Assembly: GCA_963708025.1 (NCBI GenBank)
Contig: CAVPSB010000013.1
Location: forward strand, 384,001 to 448,000
Direction: 5' to 3'
DNA: 64,000 nt
DNA from: an uncultured Candidatus Rokubacteria bacterium
GTDB taxonomy: Bacteria > Methylomirabilota > Methylomirabilia > Rokubacteriales > DASRDR01
Both the position numbers and the translations under genes were made by a program. This document shows, in pieces, positions 10,622-20,107 of this stretch. Below the pieces are notes generated by a model. It ran no database searches and was not told where the DNA came from. It was given only the letters and a program-made list of their open reading frames with translations. The stretch's first letter is position 1; each line of letters begins with the position of its first letter.

Positions 10622-11911
10622 CTACTTCCCGGCCGCCCGCGTGAACTCCTCGGCGGCCTGGTCGAGCGCCTGCTTCGGGTCGGCGTTGTTCAGGATCACG
10701 CGGTCGATCATCCGGACCAGCGACCCCTGCAGCTCCCCGTAGTTCGTCGTCCGCGCCAGCGGCCTGCCCACCGACAGGTCGTGGACGAACACCGCCAGGA
10801 ACGGGGTCCCCTTGGCCGCGGGCGTGTCGTACCACCCGCGCGTCCCCTGCAGGAACTTGATGTTCCACCAGAGGTCCGGCCGGGAGCTCAGGTGGCGGAT
10901 GAAGTCCCAGGCCACGCGCTTCTGGGGGGCGGAGGCCTTGGCGTTCACGGTCCAGGCGTACGAGTAGATGATGGTCGCCGGACGCTCGGCCCGCATCTGC
11001 GGCAGCGGGGCGACGGTGTAGTTGCCCTTCATGCCGGGGCTGATTCGCTCGATGATGGGGCCGACGTGGGGGCCGGCGAAGGTCATGGCGTCCTGCTCGG
11101 TGGCGAAGTCCTGGTACGGCGAGAACCGGGTGTTCTGCGTGATCTGGGGGGCGACCGTCACGCTCTTCCACACCTGGAGCGCCCGCACCCCGGCCTCGCC
11201 GTTGAACGTCGGCTTGCCGTCCCGGGTCATCTCGCCCCCGGCCTGGTAGAGGAGGATCTGGAACATCTGCGCCAGCCAGTGCTCGGCGGCGTAGCGCATC
11301 TCCCAGCCCTTCTGGACGATCCGGTCGGCCCTCCGCTTGGTCAGCGTCTTGTTCAGCTTCAGCACGTCGTCCCAGGTCTTCGGCGCGTCCTTGACCGGGT
11401 CGAGCCCCGCCTCCCGGAACAGGCGGTTGTTGACGTACAGGCTGTGGGCGTTCATCTGGTCCGGAACGCCGTACAGCTTGCCGCCGTCCATCATGGCGTC
11501 CAGCACGTTGGGGAGGTAGCCCTTGAGCACGCCGTCGACGCTGTCCTCGCCCCAGGCCGCCGGGGGCAGCGGATCGAGCGCCCCCACCCCCATGAACTTG
11601 GGCAGGTTGAAGTCGGCGACCTCGAAGATCTCCGGCGCGGTGCCCGTGCTCACCGCCACCGCGATCTTGTCCGACTTGACGTCGGTCTCGAACTTGATGG
11701 TGACGTTGGGATGGAGCTTCTGGTACTCGGCGATCAGCGACTTGATGAGCTCGCCCTTGGTCCCGTTCCCGGTGTCCCAGTAGCCGATGGTGACCGGCTC
11801 CGTCGGCAGCGTCCAGGCCGGGGCTCCGCGGGCGGTCCCGCCGTGGACCAGCAGCAGACCCAGCGCGACGACCAGCAAGGCTCCGGACACGACACGACCT
11901 TGGCGCTTCAT
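10622..11911 (-). CDS. ABC family-1 (carbohydrate-type) extracellular solute-binding protein, Sec signal
   Basis: GKLYGVP, LYVNNRLFREAGLDP, APKTWDD motifs. Confidence 0.9.
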   Translation of the reverse strand: MKRQGRVVSGALLVVALGLLLVHGGTARGAPAWTLPTEPVTIGYWDTGNGTKGELIKSLIAEYQKLHPNVTIKFETDVKSDKIAVAVSTGTAPEIFEVADFNLPKFMGVGALDPLPPAAWGEDSVDGVLKGYLPNVLDAMMDGGKLYGVPDQMNAHSLYVNNRLFREAGLDPVKDAPKTWDDVLKLNKTLTKRRADRIVQKGWEMRYAAEHWLAQMFQILLYQAGGEMTRDGKPTFNGEAGVRALQVWKSVTVAPQITQNTRFSPYQDFATEQDAMTFAGPHVGPIIERISPGMKGNYTVAPLPQMRAERPATIIYSYAWTVNAKASAPQKRVAWDFIRHLSSRPDLWWNIKFLQGTRGWYDTPAAKGTPFLAVFVHDLSVGRPLARTTNYGELQGSLVRMIDRVILNNADPKQALDQAAEEFTRAAGK

Positions 11912-11983
11912 GCCCACTCCTCCCTTCGGGAGCGCTCGATCGATTCCATCGGGCGCTAGCTCCTCGATGCCCGGATGAACGTC

Positions 11984-13315
11984 CTAGCCGCGGGTGGCGC
12001 GCTGGAACTCGCTGGCGGCCTGATCGAGGGCCGCCTTCGGCTCGGCGCCGCTGAAGATCACCCGCTCGATCGCCCGAGCGATGGCCGACGACAGCTCGTT
12101 GAAGTGCTCGGTCCGCACCATCGGCCGGCCGATGGCGAGGTCGTTGATGAAGACGTCGTAGAACGGCAGGATCTGCCGCGCCTCCGGGCTGGTGGCCCAC
12201 GTCTTGAAGGGCAGCAGCGAGCCGTTGTTCGCGAGCCAGATCTTGGGGTCGCTCACCGCGTGGCGGACGAAGTCCCAGGCGATCTTCTTCTTGTCGTCGG
12301 ACACCCGCGGGTTGACCACGATGTCGAAGGAGTACGACATGGTGACCGGCCGGGCCCGGTTGAGCTGCGGCAGCGGCACCGCCGTGTAGTTGTCCTTCAT
12401 CTTCGGGTTGAGGGTGACGATCTGCCGGCCCCCGTTGGGGCCGATGTAGGTCATGACGTCCTGCTCCTGGGCGAAGTCCTCGAAGGGCGAGGCGCCGCTG
12501 TTCTTGGTCACGGTGGGGGCGGTGGTCACGCTCTTCCACACCTCGAGCGCCTTCACCCCCGGCTCCTGATTGAACACCGGCCGGCCCTCCCGGTCCAGGA
12601 CTTCGCCCCCCGCCTGGTAGATCAGGTGATGGAACATCATGGCCAGCCAGTGGGTGCCGACGTAGCGCACCTCGAAGCCCTTCTGGACGATCTGGTCACC
12701 CTTCTTCCGGGTCAGGACACGGTTGAGCCGCGCCACGTCGTCCCAGGTCTTCGGCGCGTCCTTCACCGGATCGAGGCCCGCCTCCCGGAACAGCCGGTTG
12801 TTGACGTACAGGCTGTGGGAGGCCACGAAGTCCGGCACCCCGTACAGCTTGTTCTCGTGCTGCATGGCGGCCAGGCTGCCGGGCACGTAGGCGTCCAGCA
12901 TCTCGGGGAGCGACTTGTAGCCGAACGCCTCGGGGGGAACCGGGTCCAGCAGGTTCTTGGCGAAGTAGGTCGGGAAGAACCAGTCGCCCAGCTCGAAGAT
13001 CTCGGGGGCGGTGCCGGTGGCGGTCGCCGCCAGCAGCTTCTGGAGCAGGTCGGCGGTGGAGATGCTCTCGTACTTGACGGTGTAGCCGGGGCGGAGCTGC
13101 CTGTACGAGGGCAGGAGGAACTGGTTGTAGAGCGCCACCTTGAGGTGCGAGGTCGAGTCCCAGAACGTGGCGGTGACGTTCCCGGCCGGCAGCTTCCACT
13201 CCGCCCGCGCGCGGCGAGCGGGGCCCAGGGCCGCCATGGCGGCGGCGCCCCCGGCCATCCGGAGCAGCCCGCGGCGCGAGACACCGTTCCGAGTGGTGGC
13301 GTGATGGCTCGACAT
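11984..13315 (-). CDS. ABC family-1 solute-binding protein, Tat signal
   Basis: SRRGLL twin-arginine signal; same SBP1 motifs. Confidence 0.9.
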   Translation of the reverse strand: MSSHHATTRNGVSRRGLLRMAGGAAAMAALGPARRARAEWKLPAGNVTATFWDSTSHLKVALYNQFLLPSYRQLRPGYTVKYESISTADLLQKLLAATATGTAPEIFELGDWFFPTYFAKNLLDPVPPEAFGYKSLPEMLDAYVPGSLAAMQHENKLYGVPDFVASHSLYVNNRLFREAGLDPVKDAPKTWDDVARLNRVLTRKKGDQIVQKGFEVRYVGTHWLAMMFHHLIYQAGGEVLDREGRPVFNQEPGVKALEVWKSVTTAPTVTKNSGASPFEDFAQEQDVMTYIGPNGGRQIVTLNPKMKDNYTAVPLPQLNRARPVTMSYSFDIVVNPRVSDDKKKIAWDFVRHAVSDPKIWLANNGSLLPFKTWATSPEARQILPFYDVFINDLAIGRPMVRTEHFNELSSAIARAIERVIFSGAEPKAALDQAASEFQRATRG

Positions 13316-13344
13316 GGTGGCTCTCCCTTCCGTCTGCGATGCGT

Positions 13345-14568
13345 TCATCCGGGCCGGTACTCGATCACGTGGAGCCCGCCCCCGTACCGGTCGGTCATGT
13401 AGACGAGCCCGTCGGTGTCGACGTACAGGTCGTTGCTCTGGGGGGCGTCATGCCCCGGGGGCGGCGGCGGCACGAAGTACCCCACCTCCACCGGCCGGTC
13501 GGGATCGCCGAGGTCGGTGACCCGGAGGCCGGCGTTGAACCAGGTACTGAAGATCAGGGTCTCGCTCTGGAAGCTGCCCGGCCGGTTCTCGTGGACATTG
13601 TGGGGGCCGAAGCGGCCCGGCCGCGCCGCGTAGTCCGTCCACGGCGCGCCCTTCGGCGGCCGGGGTCGCGGGAAGCTCGAGATGACGACCGGCTGGCGCT
13701 CCTCGCGCACGTCGATCACCCAGATGCGCTTGTCCCCGTCGATCTTGGCGTCGTCGGCGAGCGACTCGCACACGCCCAGCACCAGGCCGCGGCCCGGCAG
13801 CGGCAGCGCGGTGTGCGCGAAGCCGCCGTAGGGCGGGTGCCAGTTGACGCGCCCCACCAGCCGGGGCGCGGCGACGTCGCTGATGTCCAGGATGGCGATG
13901 CCGTCGTCCTGCGCCGACACGTACGCCCGGTTGCCGTGGGGGACGACGCCGTGCACGCCCCGGTCGATGTAGGACTCGAACACGGGCCAGGGCGCCGCGT
14001 CGCCGGCCCGCGTGCCCGGGACCCACCAGCAGCCGGCCATCCGCGGCGCCGTCGGCTCCGAGAGGTCCACGATCTGGTAGCCGCGCACCGGGACTCCCGG
14101 GATCATGGCGGCCACGTGCGCGTAGGGCGGCTCGCTGAACCAGATGCGGTGGACCCCCCGGCCCCCGACCGGGTAGAAGCCCACCCGCCGCGGGTCCGTC
14201 GGGTCGGCGAGGTCGAACACGGCCACCCCGGTCACCGGCGGCGGGTCCTCGCCGGCCGGCGGGTCGTCGGGCTTCTCGCAGTTCTGGATGAGGGTGGTGC
14301 CGGCGATCTGGACCTTGTGCCGGTGGGTGTTGGGCTCGTGCGGCAGCTGGCGCACCAGGCGGGGCGCCGCCGGGTCGCTGACGTCCAGGATGGACAGCGC
14401 CATGGGGCTCCGCCCCAGGTGGGACACGTACAGGAACCGGCCCACCTTGAGCACCTGCATGCCGTCGCCGTGGCCGTTCAGGTCGTGGTGGCCGACCAGG
14501 CGCGTGTTCCAGGCGTCGCTGTCGGCCTGCATCGCGCGGATGTCGGATCGCCGGTCCTGCGTGATCAT
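13345..14568 (-). CDS. LVIVD-repeat beta-propeller protein
   Basis: RLVGHHDLNGHGDG, repeated ILDVSDP/VFDLADP/IVDLSEP, FGPHNVHEN, YMTDR. Confidence 0.85.
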   Translation of the reverse strand: MITQDRRSDIRAMQADSDAWNTRLVGHHDLNGHGDGMQVLKVGRFLYVSHLGRSPMALSILDVSDPAAPRLVRQLPHEPNTHRHKVQIAGTTLIQNCEKPDDPPAGEDPPPVTGVAVFDLADPTDPRRVGFYPVGGRGVHRIWFSEPPYAHVAAMIPGVPVRGYQIVDLSEPTAPRMAGCWWVPGTRAGDAAPWPVFESYIDRGVHGVVPHGNRAYVSAQDDGIAILDISDVAAPRLVGRVNWHPPYGGFAHTALPLPGRGLVLGVCESLADDAKIDGDKRIWVIDVREERQPVVISSFPRPRPPKGAPWTDYAARPGRFGPHNVHENRPGSFQSETLIFSTWFNAGLRVTDLGDPDRPVEVGYFVPPPPPGHDAPQSNDLYVDTDGLVYMTDRYGGGLHVIEYRPG

Positions 14569-14570
14569 GC

Positions 14571-15920
14571 TCAGCCTTTCGCCGCCCGTTCGTACTCGGC
14601 CGCCGCCTGCTGCAGCGCCGACCGGGGGTCGGCGTTGTTCAGGATGACCCGCTCGATCATCCGGGCCAGCGCCGACTGCAGCTCGACGTAGTACTGGGTT
14701 CGCGCCACCGGCTTGCTGATCGCGATGTCGTGCATGAAGACGTCGTAGAACGGCAGGAGCTTCCGGGCCTCGGCGCTGGTGGCCCAGGCCTTCTGCGGCA
14801 GCAGCGAGCCGTTGTTCGCCAGCCACATCTTGGGGTCGCCGAGGGTGTGGCGCACGAAGTCCCACGCCACCTTCTTCTTGTCCTCCGCCACCCGGGCGTT
14901 GACCACGATGACGTAGGAGAACGCCATGGTGGCCGGCTTGGCCGGGTTGATCTGCGGCAGGGGGACGACCGTGATGTTGTCCTTCATCCGAGGGTTGATG
15001 TTCTCGCTCTGCTTCTGGCCGTTGGGGCCGATGTAGCTCATGGCGTCCTGCTCGTTGCCGAAGTCCTGGAACGGCGAGGCGCCGGTGTTCTGGCTCACCT
15101 TGGGCGCCACCGTGACGCTCTTCCACACCTCGAGCGCCTTGAGCCCGGCCTCGCTGTTGAACGCGGGCCGGCCCTCCCCGTCCAGGATCTCGCCCCCGGC
15201 CTGGTAGACCAGGTGGTGGAAGCTGCGGCCCATCCAGTGGTCGTCAACGTAGCGGAACTCGAAGCCCTTCTGGACGATCTGGTCGCCCTTCTTCCGGGTC
15301 AGGACACGGTTGAGCCGCGCCACGTCGTCCCAGGTCCGGGGCGCGTCCTTCACCGGGTCCAGCCCCGCCTCCCGGAACAGCCGGTTGTTGATGTGCAGGC
15401 TGTGGGACGCGGTGAAGTCCGGCAGGCCGTACAGCCGGCCCTTGTGCTGCATGGCGGACAGGCTCCCGGGCAGGTAGCTGTCCAGCAGCTCCGGGACCGA
15501 CTTGTGGCCGAACGCTTCGGGCGGGAGGGGATCCAGCAGGTCCTTGTCGAAGTAGGTCGGGAAGTACCAGTCGCCCAGCTCGAAGATCTCCGGCGCGGTG
15601 CCGGTGGCGGTGGCCGCCAGGAGCTTCTGGAGCAGGTTGCCGGTGGTGATGCTCTCGTACTTGATGGTGTAGGTGGGACGGAGCTGCTTGTACGAGGGCA
15701 GGATGAGGTTGGTGTAGAGCTTGGTCTTGAGCGCCGAGGTCGAGTCCCAGAAGGTCAAGACGAGATCGCCCTTGGGCAGGGGCCAGTCGGCGCCGGCGCG
15801 GCCGGCGGCACCCAGGGCCGTCGCCGCCGCGGCGCCGCCGGCGACCTGGAGGAACCGGCGCCGCGAGACGCTCCCGACCTTCGTCCCGTCGTCCGTCAAC
15901 CGAGGTCGTGCCGACATCAT
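14571..15920 (-). CDS. ABC family-1 solute-binding protein, Tat signal
   Basis: SRRRFL signal; close paralog of 11984-13315. Confidence 0.9.
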   Translation of the reverse strand: MMSARPRLTDDGTKVGSVSRRRFLQVAGGAAAATALGAAGRAGADWPLPKGDLVLTFWDSTSALKTKLYTNLILPSYKQLRPTYTIKYESITTGNLLQKLLAATATGTAPEIFELGDWYFPTYFDKDLLDPLPPEAFGHKSVPELLDSYLPGSLSAMQHKGRLYGLPDFTASHSLHINNRLFREAGLDPVKDAPRTWDDVARLNRVLTRKKGDQIVQKGFEFRYVDDHWMGRSFHHLVYQAGGEILDGEGRPAFNSEAGLKALEVWKSVTVAPKVSQNTGASPFQDFGNEQDAMSYIGPNGQKQSENINPRMKDNITVVPLPQINPAKPATMAFSYVIVVNARVAEDKKKVAWDFVRHTLGDPKMWLANNGSLLPQKAWATSAEARKLLPFYDVFMHDIAISKPVARTQYYVELQSALARMIERVILNNADPRSALQQAAAEYERAAKG

Positions 15921-15931
15921 CTGACCCTCCT

Positions 15932-16939
15932 TCACGCCACTCGGAGCAGCCTGGCGAGGTTCTTGCCCAGCACCTTGGTCTCCCGCTCCCGACCCAGGCC
16001 CAGGCCGCGGATCATGTCCACCGGCGCCGTGTAGCCCATGTCGAAGGGGTAGTCGCTCCCGATCACCACGTGGTCGTCGCCCAGCCGGTCGAGCAGGAAC
16101 CGGAGCGACACCCCGCTGTGGGTCAGGCTGTCGCAGTAGATGTTCCCCAGGTACTCGCTGGGGCGGCGCGGCAGACGCTGGCGAAGTTCCGCGCGTGCGG
16201 CGTAGCCGTGGTCGAGCCGCCCGATCTGGTAGGGGAAGTAGCCGCCCCCGTGGGCCAGGATCACCCGGAGCCCCGGATGCCGCTCGAACACGCCGCCCAG
16301 GATCAGCCGCGCCGCCGTCAGCGCCGTCTCCATCGGGAAGCCCACCAGGTTCCACAGGTGGAGGTCCTTCAGCCGCCGGACGTCGCCCCAGTTCTGCGGG
16401 TGCAGGAAGATCGGGACCCCGAGCCGCTCGGCCGCCGCCCACACCGGCGTCAGGCTCGGGTGATCCAGGTCCATCCCGGCGACGTGCGTGCACAGCTCGA
16501 CCCCCCGGAATCCCAGCTCGCTGACAACCCGCTCCAGCTCGCGCGCCGCGCGGGGCCCGTCCTGCATCGGCAGCGTCCCCAGCCCGAAGAAGCGGTCCGG
16601 GTACGCCCGCACCAGCGCGGCGATGCCGTCGTTCAGGGTCCGGGCGATGCGCTCGCCGATCTCCGGAGCCGTCCAGTAGAAGAACAGCGTCGGCGGGGGT
16701 CCGACGGCCGCCGCGTCCAGCCCCCGCTTGTTCAGCCCGTCGACGATCAGTCGGTCGTCGTACAGGTCCGCCCGCAGCGGCGTGTCCGGCTCCACGACCA
16801 CGCCCGCCGGCGCGTGGAAGCGCATCATTTCCCGGCCGTCGTGCGGCTCGATGCGCACGGCCTCGCGGAACGTCTCTCGCCGCACGGCGTCGACGAACTC
16901 CGGCGGCATGACGTGGAAGTGGACGTCGATCGTGCTTAT
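15932..16939 (-). CDS. Amidohydrolase_2 family, copy 2 (ATA at the expected start position)
   Basis: Close paralog of 9611-10615; ATA-AGC-ACG-ATC-GAC aligns with paralog MESID. Confidence 0.88.
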   Translation of the reverse strand: MSTIDVHFHVMPPEFVDAVRRETFREAVRIEPHDGREMMRFHAPAGVVVEPDTPLRADLYDDRLIVDGLNKRGLDAAAVGPPPTLFFYWTAPEIGERIARTLNDGIAALVRAYPDRFFGLGTLPMQDGPRAARELERVVSELGFRGVELCTHVAGMDLDHPSLTPVWAAAERLGVPIFLHPQNWGDVRRLKDLHLWNLVGFPMETALTAARLILGGVFERHPGLRVILAHGGGYFPYQIGRLDHGYAARAELRQRLPRRPSEYLGNIYCDSLTHSGVSLRFLLDRLGDDHVVIGSDYPFDMGYTAPVDMIRGLGLGRERETKVLGKNLARLLRVA

Positions 16940-16948
16940 CGGGTTTAT

Positions 16949-17035
16949 CGGGACCTCCCGCCAACCCAATCTTTCGACGGCCTTCGGCCTTTGGCCCCCC
17001 TTCCCCACCCACCGGGGGGAAGGGGGGAGCCGGAG
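16949..17035. repeat. Family B repeat with inserted gacggccttcggcctttgg module
   Basis: Direct sequence comparison with other copies. Confidence 0.8.
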
Positions 17036-17048
17036 GTTCTATGTGCGC

Positions 17049-18353
17049 TCAGCTCTTGGACGCTCGGGTGAACTCTTCGGCCGCTTGATCCAGCGCCTGC
17101 TTGGGGTCGGCGTTGTTGAAGATGACCCGCTCGATCATCCGCGCCAGCGATGCCTGGAGCTCCGTGTAGTGCTTGGTCCGCGGCATCGGCTTGCCCACCG
17201 ACAGGTCGTGGATGAACACGTTCAGGAAGGGCGTCTGCCGTGCCGCCGGCGTCTCGTACCAGCCCTTCACCGGCTGGAGGTACTTGGCCACGGCCATCCA
17301 CTCCGCGGGCCGGCCGCTGGCGTACCGGATGAAGTCCCAGGCCGCCTTCTTCTGGTCCTCGGACGCCTTGGCGTTCACCGCCCAGTTGTAGGAGTAGACG
17401 ATCGTCGCCGGCCGGTCGGCGCGCATCGCCGGCAGCGGGGCGCAGGTGTAGTTCCCGGCGATCTTGGGGTTGATCTTCTCGATGGAGGCGCCGGCGTTGG
17501 GCCCGGCGAAGGTCATCGCGTCCTGCTCCAGCGCGAAGTCCTGATAGGGCGAGGCGAGGGTGTTCTGCGACACCTTGGGGGCGACCGTCACGCTCTTCCA
17601 GACGGAGAGCGCCTGCACCCCGGCCTCGCCGTTGAACGCGGGCTTGCCGTCGCGGAGCGCCTCGCCGCCCGCCTGGTACAGGAGGATGAGGAACATGCGC
17701 GTCAGCCAGTGCTCGCCGGCGTAGCGCATGTCCCAGCCCTTCTGGACGATGCGGTCGCCCTGTCGCTTGGTCAGCACCGCGTTCAGCTTCGCCACCTCGT
17801 CCCACGTCTTCGGGGCGTCCTTCACCGGGTCCAGCCCCGCCTCCCGGAACAGGCGGTTGTTGATGTACAGGCTGTGGGCGTTCATCTGGTCCGGGATGGC
17901 GTAGAGCTTGCCTCCCTCGACGTTGAAGTCCAGCAGCCGCGGCAGATAGGTGTCGAGCACGCCGGCCACGCTGGCCTGGCCCCAGGCCGCCGGCGGCAAG
18001 GGCTCCAGCGCGTTGACCTCGACCGCCGCCGGCAGCAGGAAGTCGGGCAGGGTGAAGATCGTCGCGGCGGTTCCCGTGGCGAAGGCCACCGACAGCTTGT
18101 AGTTCAGGCCCGAGATCGTCTCGTACTTGATGGTGACGTTCGGGTGGAGCTTCTGGTACTCGGGGATCAGCTTCTTGATCATCAGCTCGTTCTTGACGTT
18201 CTCCACGCCGTCCCAGTAGGTCACGGTGACCGGGCCCGTGGGCACGGTCCACGCCGCGGACTGGCCAGCGGCGGGTGGAACGAGGGCCGAGAGGCTCGCG
18301 CCGAGCGCGACCACCAGCGACAACCCGACCAGGGTCCGGTGAAGACGCTTCAT
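17049..18353 (-). CDS. ABC family-1 solute-binding protein, Sec signal
   Basis: Close paralog of 10622-11911. Confidence 0.9.
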   Translation of the reverse strand: MKRLHRTLVGLSLVVALGASLSALVPPAAGQSAAWTVPTGPVTVTYWDGVENVKNELMIKKLIPEYQKLHPNVTIKYETISGLNYKLSVAFATGTAATIFTLPDFLLPAAVEVNALEPLPPAAWGQASVAGVLDTYLPRLLDFNVEGGKLYAIPDQMNAHSLYINNRLFREAGLDPVKDAPKTWDEVAKLNAVLTKRQGDRIVQKGWDMRYAGEHWLTRMFLILLYQAGGEALRDGKPAFNGEAGVQALSVWKSVTVAPKVSQNTLASPYQDFALEQDAMTFAGPNAGASIEKINPKIAGNYTCAPLPAMRADRPATIVYSYNWAVNAKASEDQKKAAWDFIRYASGRPAEWMAVAKYLQPVKGWYETPAARQTPFLNVFIHDLSVGKPMPRTKHYTELQASLARMIERVIFNNADPKQALDQAAEEFTRASKS

Positions 18354-18406
18354 CGGTTGGCTCCTTTCGTCAGCGACGCGATGCGACGCTCATCGGCCCC
18401 GCCAGC

Positions 18407-19234
18407 TCAGAAGGTTGGCGGCGTGTTCACCCACAAGAGCTCGGCCGGCTCCGGGCCCGGGTTGTGCCAGCGATGCGGAAGCGTGCTGGGGAAGTAGAGA
18501 CAGTCGCCCGCGGTCATCCGGTAGTGGTGCTTCTCTTCCAGCCAGACCTCGAGCCGGCCGCGAAGCACGAAGACGAACTCCTCGCCGACGTGCTCGTAGG
18601 CGCCCTCGCTGCCCGCTCCCGGCTGGACCACGTAGCGATGCGGCTCCATCTGGAGCGAGCCCACGGCGAGCTGCTCGATCTCGACGCCGGAGTAGGTCGT
18701 GGGCAGGCGCGGCCGCTCGGCCACCCGGACCAGGCGGCTCGAAGGCCTTCCCTTGACGAGAAGATCCTGGACGGTGATCCCGTAGAGCTTGACCAGCGCG
18801 TGAAGCCTCGAGACGGACAGGCCGGTGACCCCGCGCTCGACGGCGCTGAGAAACGAGACAGAGGTCCCGGTCTTCTCGGCGACCTCCCGCAGGGTGAGTC
18901 GCGTCCGGTGGCGCTCGGCCCGCAGCCGGTCCCCGACCGTCGGCACCGGCGCCGGAGCAGGACCGCTCCCGCGCGACGGCCGGGCTCGCCCCCGCTCGCG
19001 GCCGAGAATGCGGGCGATGGCCGTGGGGCTGAGGCGCTCGACGGTCCGCAGGTACCGGATCCGCCGCAGCAGCCCCAGGTGCTCCTCGCGGTAGCGGCGG
19101 CTGCCGCCGCGGGTCCGGTCGGGGTGAACCAGGCCCTGGCGCTCCCACAGGCGCAGCGTGGCCGCGCTGATGCCCAGGGTGCGGGCGGCCTCACCGACGC
19201 GGTAGGCGGCGACGTGTCGAGCCGGATCGGTCAC
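18407..19234 (-). CDS. MerR-HTH + XRE-HTH + cupin transcriptional regulator
   Basis: YRVGEAARTLGISAATLRLWERQGL (MerR), LTLREVAEKTGTSVSFLSAVERG (XRE), HVGEEFVFVLRG...PHRWHN (cupin). Confidence 0.92.
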   Translation of the reverse strand: MTDPARHVAAYRVGEAARTLGISAATLRLWERQGLVHPDRTRGGSRRYREEHLGLLRRIRYLRTVERLSPTAIARILGRERGRARPSRGSGPAPAPVPTVGDRLRAERHRTRLTLREVAEKTGTSVSFLSAVERGVTGLSVSRLHALVKLYGITVQDLLVKGRPSSRLVRVAERPRLPTTYSGVEIEQLAVGSLQMEPHRYVVQPGAGSEGAYEHVGEEFVFVLRGRLEVWLEEKHHYRMTAGDCLYFPSTLPHRWHNPGPEPAELLWVNTPPTF

Positions 19235-19396
19235 TCGCGACTCCAGGCGCCAGGCACCAGGTTCACAAGAGCGTTGGAAAGTTTATGCGACCGCCGGAGC
19301 AGCCTTGTCAAGGGGGAGGGGTCGCTGCGGTCAAGGCGGCGGACGCGCCCGGATGCTTGACACGGTTTGCTCCGAGCGGCTAGGGTAGGCGCCGCG

Positions 19397-20107
19397 ATGG
19401 CGGCCTCCGACCGGCGCAAGCGGCGCCGCCGCGACCGCGCCCCGCTCCCGACCGACCCCGGCGCCGACACGCCACCGCTCGTCGCGCTGGCGGTGTCGAG
19501 GCCCGCGGCCCTCGAGCCCCTCGGCCAGCCCGCTCCTCGCCTTCGCGCCGCGGCGGTCACCGACGGCGTGACGGCCACCGCCTATCTCCTGGCCGCGTTC
19601 GGCGTCGATCCGCTGGGGCTGGGGGGCGGGCTCCACCTCGCCACCCTGTCCCTGACGGAGCTCCTCCTCCGCCTGTTCAGCGAGCCGTTCGACCTGATCC
19701 TCGCCCAGGACCGCCGCGTCGTTTCGCCGTGGATGCAGACCCAGCTCGTCCTCGTGCTGGGCGGCGTCCTCGGCATCTTCGTCGTGATGGCGGCGGCGTT
19801 CTTCCGCAGCGGGACGCCGATCGTCACCTACGGCTGGCGGATCCTCAACCGGGCGGTCAACGTCTGGGCCCGGCCGGTCGGGAGCCGGGAGCAGGCCCGG
19901 AACGCCGCGCGCCTGAACCGGCCGCTGGCCATGACCATCTTCCCGATCGGGGCGCTGGTCGCGACGCTGCACGGCCCGGCCGGGATCAGCCCGGCGATCG
20001 CGGGCGCGCTCTACTTCGGGCTCGCCGCCTGGATGGAGTGGTCGGGCTGGCGCCTCGACATGCTCGGGCGAGTCACTGGGCCTCGATCTTCCCGACCCGC
20101 CGGATGA
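19397..20107 (+). CDS. Hypothetical membrane protein
   Basis: Several hydrophobic segments and normal high-GC codon pattern; start uncertain. Confidence 0.6.
   Translation: MAASDRRKRRRRDRAPLPTDPGADTPPLVALAVSRPAALEPLGQPAPRLRAAAVTDGVTATAYLLAAFGVDPLGLGGGLHLATLSLTELLLRLFSEPFDLILAQDRRVVSPWMQTQLVLVLGGVLGIFVVMAAAFFRSGTPIVTYGWRILNRAVNVWARPVGSREQARNAARLNRPLAMTIFPIGALVATLHGPAGISPAIAGALYFGLAAWMEWSGWRLDMLGRVTGPRSSRPAG

Noticed and set aside
8766-12539. 1257-aa ORF in the ORF track
   Set aside because: Only the last 281 aa (nitrilase) are real; the rest is an off-frame Arg/Pro/Gly-rich read through other genes
10622-18353. Near-identical nucleotide blocks among the four SBP genes as mobile repeats
   Set aside because: They are conserved coding motifs of paralogs (NNRLFREAGLDPVKDAP)
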